In this document: positions 8,441-16,203 of the stretch, piece by piece | How the letters are laid out: every line of letters starts with the position of its first letter | Numbering within the stretch: position 1 is the first letter of the stretch | DNA from: an uncultured Eubacterium sp. | Lineage (GTDB): Bacteria; Bacillota; Clostridia; Lachnospirales; Lachnospiraceae | Direction: 5' to 3' | Length of the DNA stretch: 64,000 bases | NCBI GenBank assembly: GCA_910577225.1 | Contig: CAJTMV010000004.1 | Coordinates: forward strand, 103,005-167,004 | The notes under the pieces: generated by a model | The model's input: only the letters and a program-made list of their open reading frames with translations | Database searches by the model: none | What the model was told of the DNA's origin: nothing | Translations under genes and position numbers: made by a program

Positions 8441-9205
8441 ATGGCAATGGAAATTATGAACAGTTACGGCAGTTATGCTACGCAATATATGGCGGATAAT
8501 AGCACAGCGAATGGCATAAAGAAAAAGGATACGGAACAGAAAACGGAAACAGCGAATAGCAGCAAGTCAAAAAGTACAGCAGATTATATGAATGAACTGG
8601 CAAAGCTTGTTCCAAGCGTTGAGTGTAAGATTGGAAATACATTTTCATCAGCAAAAAGTGGTAAAACTTTGACAATCAATCCATTACTTTTGGATAAGAT
8701 GCAGAAAGATCCAGAGAAAGAAAAAGAAATGAAAGAACTGATTAGAGGTGTTGAATCAGCTGTGAATATGTTGGACAGTGTAATGAATGCCAGTGGATGG
8801 AGTGTTGTATTTAAGCATGATTATATAGACGAAAACGGAAAATATCGTCAAATTGCACTTGTCAGAAATGATTTTATGCTAAACATGAGCGACAAGCTCC
8901 GGGAAGAAAGACGGAAGAATTCTGAAAAGTTGATTGAAAAGACAAAGGAAAAGGCGGCAGAAAAGAAAAAAGAATTACAAGATGTTTTAGAAGAAAAGTT
9001 GACTATAAAGGAAGATGAAAAAACAACTCCAGACAAGGTAGAGCAGTTTTTGGATGAAAAGATTACTGACTCAAAAGATAACACAGTTTTACTGAACGAA
9101 GAAGATATTAAGACAATTGTTGAAATTGCAAAGGATAATAATGTGGAACAGACCAATGTAAAGAATCACATGCAAGTTGGTTCTAATCTGGATTTGAAAA
9201 TATAG
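8441..9205 (+). CDS. Hypothetical protein (254 aa) with a K/E-rich C-terminal half
   Basis: ORF with an AAGGAGG RBS and a charged coiled-coil-like tail. No recognised motif. Confidence 0.55.
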   Translation: MAMEIMNSYGSYATQYMADNSTANGIKKKDTEQKTETANSSKSKSTADYMNELAKLVPSVECKIGNTFSSAKSGKTLTINPLLLDKMQKDPEKEKEMKELIRGVESAVNMLDSVMNASGWSVVFKHDYIDENGKYRQIALVRNDFMLNMSDKLREERRKNSEKLIEKTKEKAAEKKKELQDVLEEKLTIKEDEKTTPDKVEQFLDEKITDSKDNTVLLNEEDIKTIVEIAKDNNVEQTNVKNHMQVGSNLDLKI

Positions 9206-9343
9206 TCTATTATATTGAGGAGAATAGTTTTATTTACCAAAAAGCATGATGTTGAAATCGCTTAATGAAACTATAAGGTTTTCTTGCAGTATAAACTAAT
9301 AAGAAAATTTCTTATAGAATGAACTATGAAGGAGGTGAAACGA

Positions 9344-9526
9344 ATGAAAAGATTAGGTAAAAAAGTTGTAGCACATGAGAATACTTTATCTGCATTTTGT
9401 GTTTCATGCTACTGTCTTCCGATTACTTGTAAATGCAGCAGCACAAGCCATGATCCGACAGGAACTACATTTCAGTCTACTCAGACTTCGCAGATAAAAA
9501 GCCCATCTGTACCGTTCTTATTGTAG
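9344..9526 (+). CDS. Cys-rich RiPP precursor peptide (60 aa)
   Basis: MKRLGKKVVAHENTLSAFCVSCYCLPITCKCSSTSHDPTGTTFQSTQTSQIKSPSVPFLL. AAGGAGGTG lies 7 nt upstream of this ATG. The gene sits immediately upstream of the rSAM/SPASM maturase. The alternative start is 9326. Confidence 0.65.
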   Translation: MKRLGKKVVAHENTLSAFCVSCYCLPITCKCSSTSHDPTGTTFQSTQTSQIKSPSVPFLL

Positions 9527-9603
9527 TCATGCTGCGATGTAGTCATGCTGCGATGTAGTCATGCTGCGATGTAGTCATGCCGTGATGTAATCAGGTTATG
9601 ATG
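9524..9603 (+). repeat. 16-bp tandem repeat: 3 identical copies, 1 near-identical, 1 degenerate
   Basis: TAGTCATGCTGCGATG occurs three times (9524-9571), followed by TAGTCATGCCGTGATG and then TAATCAGGTTATGATG. The first TAG is the precursor stop codon. Confidence 0.9.
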
Positions 9604-9615
9604 TGTGGAAATGGG

Positions 9616-9653
9616 GTTAGACTGCTAATATATATGCAGTCTAACTTCTTTTC
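9616..9653 (+). terminator. Intrinsic terminator or attenuator between the precursor and the maturase gene
   Basis: Perfect 10-bp stem gttagactgc / gcagtctaac with a 10-nt A/T loop, followed by TTCTTTTC. Confidence 0.7.
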
Positions 9654-9667
9654 AAATGGAGGTTAAA

Positions 9668-11101
9668 ATGAAAATTAAAAAACCATTTATATTTGTTTTC
9701 AAATTATATATCAGATTTTATTTGTATGATGTGAATACGAGAATGATAGTTGGTATAAGTAAGGAGTTATATGAATTGTTAAAAAATTTGGACGAGGAAG
9801 ATTATATACAGATCCCAAATAATTTAGAGAATGAGGTAAATAAGCTTCTAAAATATGATATTTTTAGCGAAACAATTTATGATTATGAGATAAAGTATCA
9901 TCAAAATGAATATATAGAGGATATACTTAAAAATAGTATGAAAACAGTCACTTTGCAAGTTACTCAAAATTGTAACTTACGTTGCAAGTATTGTGTCTAT
10001 TCTGGAAGTTACGAAAACAGAGTACATAGTAATAAAAGGATGAGTTTTGAAACAGCTCAAAAGGCGATTGACTTTTTACATAAACATAGTAGTCTATCTG
10101 CTGCTATTAGTGTGGGGTTTTATGGCGGTGAACCACTTCTTGAAATGGAACTTATAAAAAAATGTGTGGATTATGCCAAGAAAATATTTGATGGTAAGGA
10201 TTTAAGTTTTACTATAACGACTAATGCTACGTTATTGACAGAAGAAGTGATGGATTTTTTTGTGGAAAATGATTTTTATGTAACGATAAGTTTTGATGGT
10301 CCACAAAAAATACAGGATAAAAACAGGGTTATGGCAGATGGAAAACAAGGATCGTTTGATGTTGTCATGAAGAATGTTGAACATTTTCTAAAAAAATATC
10401 CTGAATATACAGAACATATTAGTTTTAATGCCGTCTTAGATCCTACAAATGATTTTAATTGCTCAAATGAATTTTTTATGAATTACGAATCCCTTAAAAA
10501 GAATAATGCTAGAGGGGTATTAATTAGCACAGAGGGATTAAAAAATGATTTGAAACAGGATGAATCTTTTAAGATAGCATATAGCTATGAAATGTTTAAA
10601 AATTTTCTATGGAGCTGCGGAAAATTGGATAATGTAGGTAGTAAACTGACAATAGCTTATATTGAGCAGGTAGAGCAAATGGTAGGAAAAAGAACAATAG
10701 GATTGGAAAAAAATAAAAAATATTCACATCCGGGAGGACCTTGCTTAATTGGGGTACATAAGTTTTTTGTTAATGCAGATGGTTATTTCTATCCTTGTGA
10801 GAGGGTTGATGAGAGTATAGAATGTACCAGAATAGGAAATTTAGATGATGGTCTGGATATTGAAAAGATTAAAATGTTGTTGAATATTGGTAAATTAACA
10901 GAAGATGAATGTAAAAAATGTTGGGCATTCCAATTTTGTACACAGTGCCTACGCTCGGCTGTTGATGGGGATTATTTGTCAAAGAGTAAGAGATTAAGTA
11001 AATGCAACGGTTCAAGATATACAGCAGAGCAGTCATTAAAGGATTATATTGCATTAAAAGAGTGTGGTTCAACATTTGGAAAAAGGATAAAGGGGGAGTA
11101 A
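9668..11101 (+). CDS. Radical SAM / SPASM-domain peptide maturase (CcpM-like, as I recall that family)
   Basis: CNLRCKYC (CX3CX2C) at about residue 105 follows an N-terminal extension. The C-terminal SPASM Cys pattern is GGPCLIG...YPCERV...CKKCWAFQFCTQC...CNG. The ATG at 9668 follows GGAGG. The alternative start is 9656. Confidence 0.85.
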   Translation: MKIKKPFIFVFKLYIRFYLYDVNTRMIVGISKELYELLKNLDEEDYIQIPNNLENEVNKLLKYDIFSETIYDYEIKYHQNEYIEDILKNSMKTVTLQVTQNCNLRCKYCVYSGSYENRVHSNKRMSFETAQKAIDFLHKHSSLSAAISVGFYGGEPLLEMELIKKCVDYAKKIFDGKDLSFTITTNATLLTEEVMDFFVENDFYVTISFDGPQKIQDKNRVMADGKQGSFDVVMKNVEHFLKKYPEYTEHISFNAVLDPTNDFNCSNEFFMNYESLKKNNARGVLISTEGLKNDLKQDESFKIAYSYEMFKNFLWSCGKLDNVGSKLTIAYIEQVEQMVGKRTIGLEKNKKYSHPGGPCLIGVHKFFVNADGYFYPCERVDESIECTRIGNLDDGLDIEKIKMLLNIGKLTEDECKKCWAFQFCTQCLRSAVDGDYLSKSKRLSKCNGSRYTAEQSLKDYIALKECGSTFGKRIKGE

Positions 11102-11105
11102 ATTC

Positions 11106-12161
11106 ATGAGAAATGAAAAGATAGCTGTATTTCCAGTTGATGAGGACTTTCTTTCTCTTCCGGATAATCAGAATATTGAACTGGGAAAAGATTGTTATAA
11201 AATTTCATATTACATAACCTTAGCAGGGTGGAATGTTGATGGTGTGGAAAAACAATTACATGCCTTAAATGAATTTGAGTTTAAAAATATTGATACGCTT
11301 GTATTGATTAACTCGTTTAGAAAACTGGAAAATGATGTGATTCAAAGAATTGTCAATGTGGCTGCACAAAATGAGATAAAAATCGTCTGTGCAAGAGATG
11401 ATTTGGATGTTAATTATGAGGTGTTAAAAAAAGCGTGCAAAGAAGAAACTGTAGAACTTGAAATTGTTTGTGATGAAACAGCTTTCGTTGATAGTAAGGT
11501 AATAAACAATATAGATATTCCTATTATTACAATTTCCGGTATAGGTCCATATGTAGGGAAATTTCAGGTGGGGTTATATCTAAGAAGCTCGTTTGAAAAT
11601 GCAGGGTATAAAGTATTATATATAAGTTCACGTAGAGAGGGGAAATTATTTGGTACTCATATTTTCCCGGAATATATGTATAGTAAAAATTTGGATTATA
11701 CAGCAAAAGTATTTGAGTTTAATAGCTATATAAGTAGTCTAATTAGAAAAGAAAAACCTGATATTGTCATAGTAGGCGTTCCAGGCGAGATGATGGAATT
11801 AAGTGAAAAACATAAAATGAATTTTGGAATAATGGCAAGTGCGGTTTTTAACGCTATAAAGCCAGATGTATCTATATTAAATATGTATAACATGCAGTAT
11901 ACGGATGAGTTTTTGGAAGAGCAGAAAAAATATTGTAAATATCGTTTTGGTGTGATTCCTGATTTATTTTATGCTACTTATACGGGAGTTATTGATTCAT
12001 CACTGCAGGAAGCATGGATACAATACTTTCATGTAGACAAGCTGTTTGATGATTTATTGGAAAAAAATAAGATATTTGGGGAATCAGATATTAAGAGTGG
12101 TTTGCTATTTAAACAGATCATGGATATATTGGAAGAATACGGTTCATTAGATGTTATGTGA
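11106..12161 (+). CDS. Peptide-maturation-system protein of unknown function (351 aa)
   Basis: Starts 4 nt after the rSAM stop, with an RBS of GGGGGAG. I see no catalytic motif. From memory it resembles the TIGR04066-type partner of Cys-rich peptide rSAM systems. This is unverified. Confidence 0.6.
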   Translation: MRNEKIAVFPVDEDFLSLPDNQNIELGKDCYKISYYITLAGWNVDGVEKQLHALNEFEFKNIDTLVLINSFRKLENDVIQRIVNVAAQNEIKIVCARDDLDVNYEVLKKACKEETVELEIVCDETAFVDSKVINNIDIPIITISGIGPYVGKFQVGLYLRSSFENAGYKVLYISSRREGKLFGTHIFPEYMYSKNLDYTAKVFEFNSYISSLIRKEKPDIVIVGVPGEMMELSEKHKMNFGIMASAVFNAIKPDVSILNMYNMQYTDEFLEEQKKYCKYRFGVIPDLFYATYTGVIDSSLQEAWIQYFHVDKLFDDLLEKNKIFGESDIKSGLLFKQIMDILEEYGSLDVM

Positions 12162-12168
12162 GGTGCGT

Positions 12169-12447
12169 ATGGAAGATAATAGAGACAGCATTAAAAAGAG
12201 ATTAGATAATGTGTTTATAGAAAAAATGGCTTTTGCGGTTTACAAACTATCAGATGAACAACGTTCAAAGAGCTTGTTAAGGGACTGTATAGGTATGCAG
12301 GCAAGAGATTTGCTGAAACTTTATATGGAATTAGAAAACGAATTTCATATTGATTTTAATACACTTGTATTAGACGGAAACTTTGATAAATATGATTGTC
12401 TATTAGAATATATTGTAAGTAATATCGGAGAAAAGAATGTCAATTAA
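12169..12447 (+). CDS. Acyl-carrier-protein-related small protein lacking the phosphopantetheine serine
   Basis: IGMQARDLLKLYMELENEFHIDF aligns by eye to the ACP pattern [23 protein letters not shown], with the DSL serine replaced by Ala. The alternative start is 12151. Confidence 0.55.
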   Translation: MEDNRDSIKKRLDNVFIEKMAFAVYKLSDEQRSKSLLRDCIGMQARDLLKLYMELENEFHIDFNTLVLDGNFDKYDCLLEYIVSNIGEKNVN

Positions 12448-13834
12448 AAAGATTCATGTTTGCATCATTGATGACGGAGTATGCGAGGATGAAATCTGCA
12501 CATTTAAGAACGTGCAAATCGGTAATGATAAAGTTATCAATACTTTCAATGTATGTAAGAAAAACTCTCACGGTACAGGATGTGCTAAAGTAATAGCCAA
12601 ACATGCAGAAAAAGATATTTTGATAAGCAGCGTGTCAATTCTTAACAGGCAGTGCAAGGGGAATGTTCAATCTTTATGCACTGCTTTCGAGTGGTGCATA
12701 GAAAATGATGTTGATATTATAAATTTGAGTTTAGGGAGTGTTTTTTTTAAAGATAAGGAACTTTTATTGAATGCCGTTAATCATTGTGCAGAAAATGGAA
12801 TTGTTATTATAGGTGCAACCTCTAATGACGGATATGTAACCTATCCTGCAAGTTTTACGAATGTATTATGTGTTAGATCCTTTGAGAAAAAAGGAGTAAA
12901 GGGATGTGTCGCAAGGTATGATACCAATTTAGGTTTCGGATTGTTTGAAACTCAGGGTAGTGAAAAAATCTACATAAACGGTATAGAAAAAACAACAAGT
13001 TGGTGTAATAGTGTAGCTGCTCCACAAATCACAGCAAAAATAATTAATGTGTATGAGAAAGGAATTAGTCCAATAGCAATTAGAAATATGTTTGGAAACG
13101 AGTTGCTGAAAATTAATTGCTTTGGAATTGATTGGGTGTCAAAGGCATATGTACAGAATATAAGTGAATTGATTCCTGAATGGTGTGTGTGCAAGATAAT
13201 TAATAAAGAAGTGGAAATGCCACTGGACATTGCGGATACTGTCATTACGCAAAAAGCAGATGATATAAAAAGGTGGTTAGAAGCTGGTAAAAATATCATA
13301 TATATTGGCGATGATGTGATTGATTATGCAAGCAGTGATAGCTATGTTTGGTCAAAATACAACAGGATACAACAGATACATTATAACCAGATAGCCCAAC
13401 AAGGTATATCAGGGGTTCCGGTAATTTTTATAAAGGGGGTATGTGCATTAAAGTACATCTATGGACTTGAAAAGATGTTTAAGGAAAAGGATTACCATGC
13501 ATATAGTATTTCTCATAGCATTTTATATGAGTTATATGGAATAACATATATACCTACGGAAATCCCGGATGTAGATGAAATTAGCAATTTTATCAGGAAT
13601 GAGCTGCATTATAAACTGGGGGATATATTATTGTATGATATTAGTGGAATTGATGAAAAATCAGCAGCGAAAAATGTTAAACTATCACCAGACATTATCC
13701 TAGACACAGCGGAAAAGAATGTGACCATATCAAGTGAATATGGGAGTAGGACTGTTGCGGATTCCATAGAAAGCGTTGGGAACTATATAATAGAATTGTT
13801 AGAAGAGGAAGGCAGAGAGAATGATGAGCAATAA
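12437..13834 (+). CDS. Subtilisin-like (S8) peptidase fused to a ~210-aa C-terminal domain of unknown function
   Basis: Catalytic-triad contexts CIIDDGV (Asp), HGTGCAKVIA (His) and NSVAAPQITA (Ser), plus NLSLGS. No signal peptide. The start overlaps the preceding gene. Confidence 0.7.
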   Translation: MSIKKIHVCIIDDGVCEDEICTFKNVQIGNDKVINTFNVCKKNSHGTGCAKVIAKHAEKDILISSVSILNRQCKGNVQSLCTAFEWCIENDVDIINLSLGSVFFKDKELLLNAVNHCAENGIVIIGATSNDGYVTYPASFTNVLCVRSFEKKGVKGCVARYDTNLGFGLFETQGSEKIYINGIEKTTSWCNSVAAPQITAKIINVYEKGISPIAIRNMFGNELLKINCFGIDWVSKAYVQNISELIPEWCVCKIINKEVEMPLDIADTVITQKADDIKRWLEAGKNIIYIGDDVIDYASSDSYVWSKYNRIQQIHYNQIAQQGISGVPVIFIKGVCALKYIYGLEKMFKEKDYHAYSISHSILYELYGITYIPTEIPDVDEISNFIRNELHYKLGDILLYDISGIDEKSAAKNVKLSPDIILDTAEKNVTISSEYGSRTVADSIESVGNYIIELLEEEGRENDEQ

Positions 13835-15470
13835 AGAGGCAGTAAGAAGATTAATAGTGCTTATCAGTAATTACAAGAAAACAATTGCTGTAATTATGAT
13901 CTGTCTGGTCGTATCTACTGGACTAAATCTATGCGTACCATTACTGAGCAGCAGAATTATGGATGATGGGTTTATTGGTGGGAATAAAACATTACTTATT
14001 CAATTGGTGTTATGTTCTTTTGCAGTATATATGATATGCTCCGCTATTAACCTATTAAAAGAAAAAATGAGAATTGATATTTCGGCAAAAATACAGTATT
14101 TGTTATCTGAACGCTCTTTTTCTCATTTGATGAAAATGAATGTTAGCTTTTTTAGTAACAAGAATTATGCTGAAATATTTGATAACATAAATGTGGATAT
14201 TGGCAACATGACTTCTATTGCCGATGAAAGCGTATTTTTTGTGTTTACACAAGCATTTAGTATGACTGGAGGGATAATTGGCTTATTTATCCTGGATTAT
14301 CGCATGACAATATTAGTCCTGCTGTTTATACCAATAAAATGTGTGATAATGAGATATTTTGCAAAAAAGCGGAAACAACTTATAGATAGGTTTATATATG
14401 AAAATCAAAAGTATGCAGGCTGGTTTGGAGATACAGTTGGAGGTATACGGGAAGTTAAACTGTTTGGCATTTTTGAGAATAAATATAAAGAATTTTCTGA
14501 TAAACAGATGCGAGTGATCAATAGTCAGAAAAAAGTACATATACTTAGCCAATGGAACAGTACGACAGATACCATATTGGTTAGAATTTTAACAACTTTA
14601 ATATATGTAGTAGGTGCTGATATGGTATTTAATATGCAGCTCTCGGTGGGGAATGTATTTGCCTTTATTACATACAGTGCATATGTTACAGGACCGATTT
14701 CGGCAATATTAAATATTGGCTATCTTTTATCAGGGATAATTCCCTCTACGAAGCGGTATTATGAGTTTATGGATCTGGAAGAGGAAAATACTAATGCGGA
14801 TGCTGTTGTTCTGCCGCAGTATGGGGATGTTGAGTTGCAAAATATTTCATTTTCTTATGATAAAGAGAAATTGGTTTTAAAAAATATTAGCCTGCTTATT
14901 CCACGGGGGAGTAAGGTAGCATTTATAGGGAAAAATGGTTCTGGTAAAAGTACCATTATTGATTTACTTCTGCGTATGTATGAGCCAACAGAAGGTAAAA
15001 TATTATTGTCTGGCAGTAATATAGCAGATATGGAATTGGGAAAATACCGTAATATAATTTCTGTTGTGAGTCAGGATATATATATGTTCAATGATACTAT
15101 TCGCAATAATATTTGTCTTTACAGACAAGTAGAGGATAAAAAAGTTCTTGATATATGCGAAGATAGCGGGCTGACGGATTTTATAGCAGAGGTATCATTG
15201 GATTATCAGGTGGGACAGAATGGAGCAATGCTTTCTGGCGGACAAAAGCAAAAGATAGCACTTGCAAGGGCATTATTACATGATCGTCCTATAGTGATTT
15301 TTGATGAGGCGACTTCCAGTACGGATGAGTATTCTGAACAGCAGATTAATTCATTGCTACATACAAGGTTAATTGACAAAACTGTAATTGTGGTTACGCA
15401 TAGAACAAATATTTTAAATGAAATGGATCAGATTGTTGAGTTAGATGATGGAAGAGCATGTAAAAAGTGA
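13821..15470 (+). CDS. ABC exporter, fused permease and ATPase, without a C39 peptidase domain
   Basis: The N-terminal half has 6 TM segments. Walker A GKNGSGKST, signature LSGGQKQKIALARAL, Walker B VIFDEATS. Confidence 0.85.
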   Translation: MMSNKEAVRRLIVLISNYKKTIAVIMICLVVSTGLNLCVPLLSSRIMDDGFIGGNKTLLIQLVLCSFAVYMICSAINLLKEKMRIDISAKIQYLLSERSFSHLMKMNVSFFSNKNYAEIFDNINVDIGNMTSIADESVFFVFTQAFSMTGGIIGLFILDYRMTILVLLFIPIKCVIMRYFAKKRKQLIDRFIYENQKYAGWFGDTVGGIREVKLFGIFENKYKEFSDKQMRVINSQKKVHILSQWNSTTDTILVRILTTLIYVVGADMVFNMQLSVGNVFAFITYSAYVTGPISAILNIGYLLSGIIPSTKRYYEFMDLEEENTNADAVVLPQYGDVELQNISFSYDKEKLVLKNISLLIPRGSKVAFIGKNGSGKSTIIDLLLRMYEPTEGKILLSGSNIADMELGKYRNIISVVSQDIYMFNDTIRNNICLYRQVEDKKVLDICEDSGLTDFIAEVSLDYQVGQNGAMLSGGQKQKIALARALLHDRPIVIFDEATSSTDEYSEQQINSLLHTRLIDKTVIVVTHRTNILNEMDQIVELDDGRACKK

Positions 15471-15517
15471 TAACAATTTTCATGATCGGAGTGTAATAAA
15501 ATAGGAGGAATTTTTGT

Positions 15518-15583
15518 ATGAAAAAAGTATTATCTATTGTTTTGTGTATGAGTTTATGTATAATGTGTACTTTGCCGATATAA
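15518..15583 (+). pseudogene. Truncated signal-peptide or lipoprotein-like ORF cut by the IS3 insertion
   Basis: AGGAGG RBS followed by MKKVLSIVLCMSLCIMCTLPI and a stop. The TAA stop abuts the approximate IS3 left end at 15584. Confidence 0.4.
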
Positions 15584-15774
15584 TGTACCCATAACCGTGG
15601 ACAATCTAATTAGTGTAGTCCCCTCATCTTAGACATATCGTCAAGTCGGTTCCGACAGATTGGACAGTCACACTAATTGGTTCCCGATCCCTTGGACATT
15701 AGCATGAATCCTCCCTTTCAAATCGGACAGTCTCTTGCTCTGGCATGGTATAATAGATACAGAAGGAGGATGCC

Positions 15775-16203
15775 ATGAGCAGAAGACAGTTTACCGAAGA
15801 GCAGCAACGAAAGCTGCGCCAGAATCCATATGTTTATAGTGTCACGGCCACGCGCCTTTCCCTTACAAGGGAGTTCAAGGAACTATTCATGGAAGCCTGC
15901 AGGGCTGGTGGAGCGCCCAGAAAAATCCTCGAAGACCACGGATTCAGCGTTGAATTGATCGGCGAGAGACGTTTCTTTAGCATCCCGCAGCACATACGCG
16001 AGGAATTCAAAAAGCATGGGGAATTCCGCGAGGGCTACAGCAGCCGCAGCAACGGGGAGAATGTCCTGGAAGTACAAGGCCATCCATCCGGCGATGACGA
16101 ACTGAAGCAGCTCCGGCATGAAGTCGATTACCTGAAGCAGGAAATGGAGTTCCTAAAAAAAATTTCCTCAATCAGGAATACAGGAAGGCAGGTGCACTGT
16201 TGA
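15775..16203 (+). CDS. IS3-family transposase OrfA (HTH and leucine-zipper part)
   Basis: 142 aa ending in LKQLRHEVDYLKQEMEFLKKI, as is typical of IS3 OrfA. Confidence 0.8.
   Translation: MSRRQFTEEQQRKLRQNPYVYSVTATRLSLTREFKELFMEACRAGGAPRKILEDHGFSVELIGERRFFSIPQHIREEFKKHGEFREGYSSRSNGENVLEVQGHPSGDDELKQLRHEVDYLKQEMEFLKKISSIRNTGRQVHC
16155..16162 (+). other. Programmed -1 ribosomal frameshift slippery run (A8) joining OrfA to OrfB
   Basis: CTA AAA AAA ATT in the orfA frame. The -1 frame is open from 16155 into orfB (KKNFLNQEYRKAGALLMNES). Confidence 0.6.

Noticed and set aside
9279-9317. Direct repeat TTCTTGCAG / TTCTTATAG upstream of the precursor as a LytTR box
   Set aside because: The 28-bp spacing does not fit the ~20-21 bp periodicity of LytTR sites, and similarity to the agrB-upstream repeat is loose. 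It is mentioned only as context in a finding.
9326-9343. Upstream ATG as the precursor start (66-aa version in the ORF track)
   Set aside because: The AAGGAGGTG Shine-Dalgarno sequence lies inside these codons and is correctly spaced for the ATG at 9344, so the 60-aa form is more likely.
9524-9603. Possible CRISPR array
   Set aside because: The units are 16 bp and directly abutting, with no spacers, and no cas genes are nearby. It is a simple tandem repeat.
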